Assembly: GCF_001186125.1 (NCBI RefSeq)
Contig: NW_014040209.1
Span: 1-53,334 of the forward strand
Direction of reading: 5' to 3'
DNA length: 53,334 bases
From: Sphaeroforma arctica JP610
Lineage: Eukaryota
Position numbers and translations under genes: made by a program. Shown here one piece after another: positions 12,438 to 24,197 of this stretch (the stretch's first letter is position 1; every line of letters starts with the position of its first letter). A model generated the notes under the pieces. That model saw nothing but the letters and a program-made list of their open reading frames with translations, did not search any database and was not told where the DNA came from.

Positions 12438-13348
12438 ATGAGGTGTTAAACCACGCCACGTTATACCTACCTTCCTTCACCTACATATCATCCTGTACAG
12501 TTAACGAGGACTGATTGAGGTGTCTCTAACTCGGAGACACAAGTAGAGCTCGCTCGAATCACTCAAGTGTTGCATCATTGGATCCCTGGTTCGTTCATCA
12601 CCTTTTGACCTACACTTGAATGGGCGCTTATCCCAAGATGTACCCAGGCAAACGGCTTGAATCCGGATCCGAACCCGATGCGCATGTTTATAATTATCGC
12701 AGCATATCTTGGCACAAACACCTTTGCCACTGTGTAAAGTTACCAAATGCGCGAGTCTCCCCCAGCTACTTAACGCGCGGGACGATGTAGATATGGTCTA
12801 TTGTCAATTCAGCCGTCAAAACGACAGCGATATTACCAAGCGCAATGAGAGATATCACCGAGTGCGACAAACCAATTCTTGCACTCGGAACCCAATGTAA
12901 AGTCATGTCAATAAATCTTTATATTACTGAAATGGCGTCATCACTGTCCGATTTGAACTTGAATACATGACTTATTTTGAATACGTTTTGTTTGTTCATG
13001 GGGAAACTTTCACTTTGTACCAGTTTTGCGGTACGAGCTGAGATAGCTTCAAAGGCTACGGTGTGCCACCATATCTGTTTATTTCACTTTTGCACGCTGA
13101 GACTATCACAGTATATCCCCTTCAGTGTTCCGACATCTATCCCAATATCGCACACGGATTACCACAAGTAATGAGTTTATTGCGACTGTAGTAGCGATTA
13201 AAATACAGCACCTCTCCAACGAGCTCAGGTCACGAGAAGAACTCCCGAGTCATCTCTACTACCACAGCTATGTTCTCGTCCCTCTTCTCACCCCTCTGCC
13301 ATTCACCCGTTTCTCTTGCATGTACCCAGCCCAATGCTGCCACACCTC

Positions 13349-15724
13349 TTACTGCGCCTTCTTTCTGTCGAGGTACCGTTTGCGCTTAGCCTTGAGCTTG
13401 TTCCGCTTGATGTCCACAATCTGCTGGCGACTCTGGTTGAGCAGATGCTGTTCTTCCTCGACTTGCTTCTTGAGCATGTTGGCTCGCTCTTCCCTATCCA
13501 CGGAGTACAGGACCTTCTCGTGTTGTAATCTGCGATCGTCTACACTGAACAGCGAATCTGCGCAAACGAAGCCATAGCACACATCGGGTATCCGAAGTGA
13601 CAAAGAGTATTAGTGTAATACACGAATTGTGGGACCCTGTACGAACGCAATGCTTCTATGCGACCCTGAACCGGTTGGAAACCCTCAAACGGATTCATCC
13701 CACTACACAATACTGAATGGTAAGGGCATACGCTATGGTGTGGGACAATTTGCGTTCAAACTTTCAAGCCAATTATCCTACAGAGAGTGAGATCCGACTA
13801 CATAATATTATAGTCTAGCAGTGACCGAAACGGATGGTGAAGCATAAACACCTTTCAAACCGATTAACATACAGAGAGAGTGAGATCCCAATAATATTAT
13901 AGTCTAGTCGTGACCGAAACGGATGGTGAAGAGCATACATACCGAGCTGAGCGCGATTCCCAGGAATCTGAAGTCTGTGGGACAGGCGACGCAGAATATC
14001 GAACTGTGAGCAGAAGCCCAAGCCGTACTTGTTCTTTTTCTGTGAAAGTGGAAGACACATGTATGAGAAGACGTATTGACCGCTATATTTGCGACAAACC
14101 TTGAGTAAGAGATAGTACGGGCGTGGTAGGGCGTCCGCACTGGGCGCACTAGTCAGCAATACACATAGGCCTACCCACCGCTGTGTTATACCAGAAAACT
14201 GGCCACCCTTACAGGAGGGACGTCGTATTATAGGCTTGTAGGAGTACCGACTACCACGCGCGTGTGCTAGTTATAACTCGGCAGCGCTCACACACTCACC
14301 CGGCGCTTGACCATGGAGACGGCGTGCCAGAACTCTGAGTGTGTGATGACTCCCTTGGCTCCCGGTGTATGGAACACGTTGATCTCATCCATCAGCATGC
14401 CTTCGCTCTTGTCACTCTCGTCCGCTGGGCCGTCGTCCTTTCGGTAGAGGGGGATGTCCACCTCATGGCCTGATGTGCAGAGGATGGCTGCGGTTAGTAC
14501 TGGGTGTCGATACTTACGTGTAGGTTTTTGCTACACGCATACACGTACCGTTCCGTTAAGGTTGAGTACGTTGATATCAGGCATACATGCATGCCAACTA
14601 TATAGTACCCATAGGCAGCCCCGTAAGTAAGCCAGACACAAAGCACAGCGCGATAGTATGCTATCTGTGGGTCAACCACCTCACCCTCAGTCTGAGCAGG
14701 ATGGGCTCTGCACGGCAACTGAAACCGGTGTTTAAGCAGACGAGGGCAAAAAATAAGGCAACAGAGGCCATTAAATAAGCCGTGACAAGCGTGAAGTACG
14801 AACACCTGCTCAAGCGGACGTCTATTTACAAGAGCCATCCCTACATAACTACGATATCATCTAGTGCGAGTATTTAGAGAACCCTCATCTAATTGCAAAC
14901 CCCCGAGATAGTGCCACTCATAACAGCCTAAGCTAGCACTGGTACCAGAGAGTTCGATGTATCGTGCCATAAACCGTTGACAGCACTACTGAACAAAGAG
15001 AGAACGTAGAGACATACCACACGTAAGTCCCCACATTTTTGTGGGTATCGCATTCGCAATTATACACATCATATCTTATGCGTGCTCACCACTTGCGTGA
15101 GCGTGATCAACCTTTGTGCACAAACGATACAACACTTGCGTTAACCTGAACGATTCTAATGAACAAGCTACACATATCGTGAATAAACACAACTTACGTG
15201 GACATGAACAGCACTTGTAAATAAGCCACACATAGCTTCTGAGCGCATACCGTATGGTGCAGCGGTGGCCGCCCCCTCGTCAGCACTATCCTCCATGTCA
15301 CTGATTTCAATAGTGATGTCATCCTGCGTACCATGATCACGCACTTCAAGAGCACCACTTTCAGTCAGTTCATACGTTACCAAAGGCTCACCCTGTGCGG
15401 AAAGATGTGATAAAGTCACTGAGGAGAGGAATGACAGTGTACTTGCGATATATAAACTTATAGATATATGAACATATAAATATGTAAACATATATTGTTA
15501 TATTGTTATATATACATATACACACACATATATATATAATATACATATATGTATATATATATATATAAACAGATATTTACGTACGTACGTATAATGTACT
15601 TATGTATATAGGTAGGTATGTGTACATGCACGCGTGAAGTATGTATGTATGTATGTATGTATGTATGTATATTTGCATGTATGTTTTTATGCATGTGTGC
15701 ATGCATGTTTTTATGTACGTATAT

Positions 15725-15755
<31 letters not shown>

Positions 15756-15767
15756 CATATACATATG

Positions 15768-15813
<46 letters not shown>

Positions 15814-18800
15814 CACATATACATGTATATTTGTATGTACAATAACCCTAGACGCCACTAAAAAGTAGTCTACCTGTTCGTTCAACTCGACTGTACTCGT
15901 GTCCTTGGGATGTTTGGAATCGGCTTCGGTTCCCCCCACAGCTGGCTGTTCAACATGGATTGCGCCTGTTTCATCCACAAATCCGGTCTGGCCGACTGGC
16001 TCACGTTTGGGTCTCATACTGTCACACACAGAGAAAGAGAGGTGAATTTCAGCTATAGATACGAATTGGAACATATTGGCGATGTGATGTATAAGGACGC
16101 AGAACCAGGCATACGTACATATATGCAGACGGTTACATATACATATATATCTGAGCGCGCCTGAAAGGAATACGGAACATCGTGTCTGTACACTACGTGA
16201 CAAGCCCTTCACAGACACACAAGTCTCAACCGCGTAGTAGGTGCCCATCCGTATCATATATCCACTCGCACACCGTTACCATAGCAACCGATACACCCCA
16301 GAAGCGCCCGGACATACTTTGCTGGGATCGAGGCGTATGCCCTCTCGCCCAGAGAGTCCTTCAGGAACTTAGTAGCAAAGCCAGACTGCTCACCCCCGTA
16401 CCGGTCCCCAAACTTGTTCAGGTGCTTGAGAATGGCGTCCTCAGCCACATCGTCGATGGTGCGTGCCACCTTAGCCATCTTCTGTTCCAGTGCGGCGTGG
16501 ACGGGCAGACACAGCTCATGCTCAGCTGGTAAGGGCCGGCGATAGTCGGCGAACTCGCGGTTGAGACCCATCTGTGGGGGGGTGGGGGGTTGGTGAGAAC
16601 GGATTGACAGTGAGGTGTGTGTGATGTTGTGTTTGTCTCTGCGTGTATTGGATGTGTGGACATAGTGTATACATACGGGTGTGTTGTATGCTGTTTTTGT
16701 ATCTGCGTGTGATAGTTACATCAATGTGAGCTTAATGTTGTGCTTTACGTGCGTGCGATAGTTACATACATGTGAGCTTAATATTGCGTTGGTATGTGCG
16801 TATGATAGTTACATATATGTGAGTTAAATGTTGTGCTTGTATGTGCGTATGATTGTTACATATATGTGAGTCTAGCGTTGTGCTTGTATGTGCGTGTGAT
16901 TGTTACATATATGTGAGCTTAATGTTGTGCTTGTATGTGCGTATGATAGTTACATATATGTGAGTTTAATGTTGTGCTTGTATCTGCGTGTGATAGTTAC
17001 ATACATGTGAGCTTAATGATGTGCTTGTATCTGCGTGTGATAGTTACATACATGTGAGCTTAATGTTGGTGATTGTTACATACATGTGAGCTTAATATTG
17101 TGCTTGTATCTGCGTGTGATTGTTACATACATGCGAGTTTAATGTTGTGCTTGTATCTATGTATGATAGTTACATACATGTGAGCTTAATGTTGTGCTTG
17201 TATCTGCGTGTGATAGTTGCTAGGACGTAATATATACAACCGTTCTGAAACTAGACGAACGCGCAATTTAGATAAACGCATGTACCACATGTAGATACGC
17301 TACTGCTTTCCGCATCATTCCTTTCCCTTGTACTGACATTCATCCACACACCATATTGTACTAACATTCATCCACATACCTTATTGTACTAACATTCATC
17401 CACACACCTCATTGTACTAACATTTATCCACACACCTTCTTCACATTGGTCTGCAGTCTGAAGAAATACTTCAATCGTGACTGCATGGACAACTGCCGCG
17501 CCTCTCGAATCATGCGCAGAGTGATCTGTGAGTGGAGCAAACGTGACATGTGCCACGTGTTATGAGATCAGTGAGCGTCAGTCAGAGTCACTACAGGGTC
17601 GTAAGGGTAGTTAGTACGGGAAACCCATCTGTTCATAAGCCTGAGAGTGGCTGGTCAAGAATGAACCACCATACAACACCCACCACACTCTAGAATGAAC
17701 CACCATACAACACCCACCACACAGGCTACAGCGGGCGATACATGGGAGACATGGACATTGGTGAGGAGGATCAGCGGGGATGAATTTGAACAGGGAAGTC
17801 GAGACGGTCAGAAAACCAAGTTTGAACGCGCACCGTACGTCAAGTTCAGCAGAACACATTTGGGTTGAGTACACAAATTGTTGTTTTAAGGTTTTAGCTA
17901 GAACCCAAAGGATGATTGATAGGGGAGCGATTGTAGGATTTCATAGTGATCTCTACCACGCGAAAGTGTCAACTATAATCCAGCTCAGAGATGAGACGCA
18001 CGCCAACATGGTATCAACGTGATGGCTTTAGATCAGAACGCCATATAACACTCTGCGACGCACAGAAAAAGAAGGCCAATACGCATCACCATACTTCGAC
18101 ATCCGGTTGATTGGTCTGAACAGAAGCACTTGTCTACCGTAAATACCTATAATGTATATATCTATATAGGTTATATTGCATACAAATAGATCCACGATAG
18201 CAACCAATGTCCACTACTGAGCACGAAGAACATAACACAATACATATATCTGTACCAACTCCCCACTTAGATACCTCAAGTTCCTTCTCGACCTGTGGGT
18301 CGAGTAAGTTGTGTCTGATTTGGTTGTAGGTGTTGATGGCAAACTGCTCGTGGCTGTTGTGGACTTCGCTCATGAGTGTCTCCTCGTCGATCATAGTCGG
18401 CATTCTGGCCTCCATTCTACTCCCAGTTTCGAATAGAAGAGATAGCGGGATAAGAGCACGATGAGCATTTCTTTTTATAGCTTTATATGTCTACCACTTC
18501 TCGAATACACTCAAAACACCAGTAAACCTCCACCCAACCCAGTTCAAAGCAGTGTAATGATATTAGAAGTGTGCGAACGTTGGGTTACCCCTCTGCAGCC
18601 ATTGGGTACTGCAGACTTCCACAGTGGAAGGGATAGTGGCGGTAGGCAGAAGCTTTGCATGTTTGCGTACACTTTTATCTGTGCAACAAGTGAGAGTTAT
18701 ACTTGTAGTTCAATATATATAGGAACGGAGGCAATGTGTACAGAGAAACACTATCACAGCGTGCCTCCTATATAGAGGTTCGGGGGTGAGAGTGCAAGTG

Positions 18801-19946
18801 TGAGTATATATATATATATAAAAAAGCGAAAGTCACGAGCCGAAACAAGGTGCCACACACAGAGTCAAAAGCTCTATTGAAATGCGACTTGGACGTAGTA
18901 TGTATAGCCCAGGAGTACAACAGACACGGCACCACTCCACCAGCGTGTAGGTAAGGGCATAGAGTTGAGGGTTTAGGGTTCTAGGGTTTTCAGCTAGAGC
19001 CGTATCAGACCTACATTTCACGAGATCGAGTGACCTTTTTGAGACTCTCCATGACTTCGTGGATGGTTGTGTGTCGCGAGTGGAACACTGATTTGATCAT
19101 CTCCATTTTCTGAGTGAGGTGAGAGGGACAAGAAGACATCAGAAGACGGGACCATTGTGGTGAGGGTAAGAGTTTTAGGGTTTTGCCTGCCGCAACCAAC
19201 GCGCATATACGTGTCAGGCCACATATGTAGAGCTGTGGACAAGTATATACTGCTGTCAGGTTGCTCGTAAGGTGTGAGTGGCTCCCCTTGATTAAACCGT
19301 GGCATGTGTTCTCCCGATGGAGCTGCTTTCGTCCAGCTGCGTATTCGACCGGACCAATACACACCACGAGGGAAAGCTCTGAACAGCACGTGCCAGCTAC
19401 ACAACAAGTCATCTCCGATATGATGCAGCACGTGCCCACTAAACAACAAGTCATCTCCGATATGATATGAAGTTCACTGTGCAGCTGAGGCCTGCGTGTG
19501 CGCACAGACAGAGTGCACCCCGTCTAACGCATTCGATTCCTGAATAACGTATAGGACGACGTCCACGAGCGATCACGAAACGTATTGTTATTGCCGTTAG
19601 ACTGTGGCCCGGTATACAGCGTGATACGCACACAAGTACACTACACATATAACCACACTCAAGACAGCCAGGATACCGAACTACCCACATGATGACATGC
19701 ACTACACTTCCAGGAATAAAGCATGCCAATGTCGCCCTGCACCGGCGTTTTGATGGTGTTTATCTACATGGGGTTTATCTACCTCTGCGGTACTACGACC
19801 ATTTCAAGACTCATATAAAAACAGCTAGTAGTAGCAAGCGATCGCACACACGCCCCACAACACACTCGTAAATTTTGCTCTCACACAAACACACACAAAC
19901 ACACACATATATATATATATATATACATACACACGCACACATATAT

Positions 19947-19997
<51 letters not shown>

Positions 19998-20010
19998 TAC
20001 ATACATACAT

Positions 20011-20045
<35 letters not shown>

Positions 20046-20249
20046 CATATCTATGTATATATATATATTCATTCACAAATAATTCGTACCATGTCATATG
20101 TAGAGTTACTTTTACCGTCCACAATATCCTGAAGTAGCGACTACACACCATACAACGCCCCGAACATCCTAAATATACATAATATATATATATATATATA
20201 ACATACACACGCACATATATATATACATATATATATATATGCGTATATA

Positions 20250-20305
<56 letters not shown>

Positions 20306-22660
20306 TAAATATATCTATATCTATTTATATATATTCATTCACAAATAATTCGTACTACGGTGTAGGTAGAGCTACTTTTACCGTCCGAAATATCCTGAAG
20401 TAGCGACTACACGCCATACAACGCCCCGAACATCCTCGTAACTTGACACAACTTGGCACATTGACACAGACTTAACCAGTACACTACACAGCGAAGCAAT
20501 CCCCTATCACACAACACACAAACCCCGTCCACACGCATAGTCAAATACCTTAAAATCCAAGGTGCCGTCGGCGGGCCCGGCTTCGGCGAACTCGCACAGT
20601 ACCGCCTGGATGGTATCCGGTGAGATAGACAGTAGCATGGGCAGGCGCTGGTACAAGAGCTCTAGACGCTCGTAGGGAACATACACGGTTGAAAGACCAC
20701 TGGTGAACAGATCTTGTCCGTGCAGAGTGGCGCCTGGGTGGGATGTGGGGTGTGTGAGGTTGCAGGGGCAATGGAGGGTGAAGCATGAGCAAAGACAACA
20801 GTGAGACGGGGAGAGGGGGTGAGATCAGCTGTGGGTGTGTGTGCAGTGGGACGGGGGAGAGGGGGGCAGATCAGCTGTGGGTGTGTGTACAGTTGCGAGT
20901 ACTGTACACCTGATGAAAAGATCATGGTGACCACTGTATGAGCACGGTAGATACGCCCCTTGAAGGGTAGGATACCCCATAGAATACGCTCTAAATGAAA
21001 GTATTAGTCATAGAATACGATCACATTGCACGCGGAAAACGTGCACGTTTGTGCGAGATGCTCAAGCAATTACACAACCGTGGACATAATGGCGCACAGT
21101 GCATGACTCCCGTCAGCTGTTTAGAACACAGCCTCGCAATTATCAAGGAGGTGTGCACATCCACTGGCGTACGCACCAACACGCATGTACCTGTCGATAA
21201 CACTCGTCCCATGCATACTAAGCATGTGTAGACATCAATGATCTCTAAGTAAACTATGCAGAGTTCAAGTAAACTATGCAGAGTTCAAGTAAACTATGCA
21301 GAGTTCAAGTAAACTGTCATATCAAATAAAAGAAGAAAGTGGGGACATTCGCGCCTATACAGTACACGGGCGGAGGCATAGGTAGACATCCTGCGAAGGC
21401 CCATATACTGACAACCCAGCTCATACGCACGCGTACACATCCAGCTCCCACGCACACATACGCAACCAGCTCAGGTACATCAGATGTGAGGTGCGGTGTG
21501 CTGGAGACACATACCTGTCAGTACCAGATACTCGGCCATATAGTTATCCAATGAAGCCAGCAGCGGTAACATGCCACCGTGCACTAGCCCGGAACTGCGC
21601 CGAAGTCGTGGGTGGGAGTGGGGTCGGCGTGTATGTGTGATCATGGAAGTGGGTCAGAGTGTATATGTGATAATGGAAGTGGGTCAGAGTGTATGTGTGA
21701 TCATGGCAGTGGGTCAGAGTGTATGTGTGATCATGCGCCCTATAGTCATTGGGTGGTGGTGTACGCAGGTGGTTTGCGATTTCACAGAGTATACATGCAG
21801 TGGTTTGAATGCGACCCCTCGCTTAGAAGATGAGCAAAGGTGTGGTATATCTAGTTCGATGGGATGGGCATGGCGCGATGCGGATGTGTGAGTTTTAAAG
21901 AGAATAGCCTGTGGTGGCATACTATTAGTGTGGCCTGGTCTGTAGACCGGAATCTATTTTGTGACAGGGGGCTCCAATACATCATGCATGGATGGTACAA
22001 CTATATATATATATATGTGCGAATATGGGAGTGCACACTTCAAAATTGTGTATTACTTGATTTGGGCCCGGGGCCGAACTATTACCATCTACATGTAGAT
22101 GACAACTGACATATACAACGGCACCTGTATTTGTGGCATCTATATCTAATACATGTGTTTGCACTAAATACGTCAATATTGGATTTATAACTGTATATAT
22201 AATATATATATATACATATATATAGACTCATACTTTTGACTTCTGGCCTGGAAGGACGAGTTGTTAGTGGCTACGCGGTGGTAGCAACTAGCAGCCACAG
22301 CAGCGCCAGCATCGGTGACATGGCCCTCTATCACAGCAAACACAGGCCGTGAATGCAGCAGGTCATCGCACAGCTCAAACTGGTTGCGCAGCGCCAGGCT
22401 GTTCGTCTTGCTAATGGAATGCTCACTCTCTAGCAGTGTGGGGCCTTTGTTTGCGGGTTCTTGACGTAGGACTGTGTGAGTTAGACAGTATGGATGGGGG
22501 TGAACGATAACGTTGGAGAATGTATCGAACTTCAAAATGACGCATGTGAATACGAGTAGTTTGAGAGTGTCCTAGAAAGATACAAGCGCATCTGGTTGTG
22601 TGGAAAGTACAAACAATGACACGTCTACTTGCCCGCAGCTCTGATAACACATGAGTCCCA

Positions 22661-22703
<43 letters not shown>

Positions 22704-22927
22704 TATACATATGTATAATAANATATATATATATATNTATATACATATANATATATATATNNNNNNNNNNNNNNNNNNNNTATATGTATAATAATATATA
22801 TTATATATTATATATNTATACTATATATATATATATATATATATATCTTTATATATAAATATATATATGTGTGTGTGTGTGTGTATGTCGATATCGATGT
22901 CGATATCTATGATTTCTATTTCTGTTT

Positions 22928-22960
<33 letters not shown>

Positions 22961-23637
22961 CGATGTCGATGTCGATGTCTATGATTTCTATTTCTGTTTT
23001 ATATATATATGTGTGTGTGTGTGTTTGTATGTTTGTATGTTTGTATGTATGTATGTATGTATGTATGTATGTATGAATGTATGTATGTATGTATGTATGT
23101 ATATATAATATATATATATAAGTATGTATATATACTATACAGTATGTACATTGACATTCGAACAAACCATCTCCTACACTTACCTATGACACGTGTGCCA
23201 TCCGTGTCCAGATTATTTGCACGCAATTCCGTTCGCAACTGTTTTACGAGCGTGTGTGTGAGCACCTGGGTCTGCAAATTATAAACCTTCATAGGTGGAT
23301 GTGAAGACACAAGCACTTGTTGTTCTTCCCCCTTCCGACTATACCCTAAACGTACACCCTGGAGTGCTACATGTGACTCGGTCACGTGTCTATTTCTAGT
23401 TAGGTCCCGGCTTGCCTGGGCCTCGGCTGAACGTGCAGTTGAACGTGCAGCCTTACGAGTGGCTTGTTTGACATCAGCCGCTGCTGCGGTGGCTGATGCG
23501 TAACGTACGGTCACATTTCCAAGTGTAGTAGTCTTAGCTATCCTTGTTGCTGTAGCGCTCTTTATGTATGGTAACGCACATTTTGTCGAAGCCTTAGCCA
23601 TGCTTGCCCCTCGGGCGATTAGTGTGTGTGTCCCCAT
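13349..23637 (-). CDS. Divergent 3-hydroxyisobutyryl-CoA hydrolase (HIBCH/Ehd3)-like crotonase-fold protein with mitochondrial-type presequence and long C-terminal extension; probably catalytically inactive
   Basis: Phase-consistent exons: 23637-23184, 22471-22234 ([28 protein letters not shown], cf. KPYVALIDGITMGGGVGLSVHG.FRVAT), 21594-21515, 20733-20549 ([25 protein letters not shown], cf. YLGLTG.RL.G.D....G.ATH.VP), 19109-~19015, 18416-18275, ~17526-17446 ([13 protein letters not shown]), 16571-16318, 16018-15874, 15392-15251, 14469-14300, 14039-13943 and 13557-13349. The N-terminus is Ala/Arg/Lys/Thr-rich with few acidic residues. Small exons between 18275 and 17526 may be missed. Confidence 0.75.
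16690..17218. repeat. Intronic ~47-bp minisatellite, ~11 copies
   Basis: GATAGTTACA recurs every 46-48 bp (GTGCTTGTATCTGCGTGTGATAGTTACATACATGTGAGCTTAATGTT). Confidence 0.93.
17328..17438. repeat. Intronic 28-bp tandem repeat x4
   Basis: TTGTACTAACATTCATCCACACACC.. at 17328, 17356, 17384 and 17412. Confidence 0.9.
21247..21733. repeat. Two short intronic tandem repeats: 20 bp x3.5 (21247-21315) and 30 bp x3.5 (21630-21733)
   Basis: Units AGTAAACTATGCAGAGTTCA and GTATGTGTGATCATGGAAGTGGGTCAGAGT. Confidence 0.88.
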
Positions 23638-24197
23638 AGTGAAGCGTTTGTATTTATAACACAGAAGTGTGAGGACTGTAGACCGGCTCACCCAATCGTA
23701 GCCTACAGCTGTATGCGCATAGGTTTAGGTTGGCCGTCTGGGTGCAAGTGTCCGATACGTCAATACGCCTTGCTACATACGACTTACACAGATAGAACTA
23801 GTGTACATATAGGCAGATGGCTGTATTTACATACGTACAGTTGCACGGACTAAAGTGGAAGTTGAAGTTGCCGCGCATTTCTTGTTGTCTTGTGGTGTGT
23901 TTCTCTCAAAGACTCTCAGTCACAGTGTTTCACCTGAACCACACGAGGTGTTATGAGACCCTGTCCTCTGGAAAAAAGGACAGGTGCACCATACGGTGTC
24001 ATAACAAATATACATGACACAGAAGTAGTTGACATCAAAATGACAAGTACATGAATACAATATGCAATTCACTCTTCGTATGGTTTGTGTGAATATGTAT
24101 TTATTATAATACATATCCACAATGCCGCATCATATAGTTCAGATACAGTCAAACCTTGTACATAGAGAGTACTATCTCTGGGACTACTTCAGATACC
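23638..24197. promoter_or_regulatory. Probable bidirectional promoter region
   Basis: 560 bp between the divergent start codons of the HIBCH-like gene (23637, minus) and the ICL/PEPM gene (24198, plus). Confidence 0.55.

Noticed and set aside
18589..18680. Possible extra exon in the HIBCH-like gene
   Set aside because: The flanking exons (phase 2 at ~19015 and 18416) join directly in frame, and including this segment in that phase gives an immediate stop.
23184..23270. SAP-domain-like motif [20 protein letters not shown]
   Set aside because: Spliced to the next exon it reads ..DGTRVIVLRQ, which fits the crotonase N-terminal helix-strand (NAL..M...L...L....D...V.VIL.G) better than a SAP domain.
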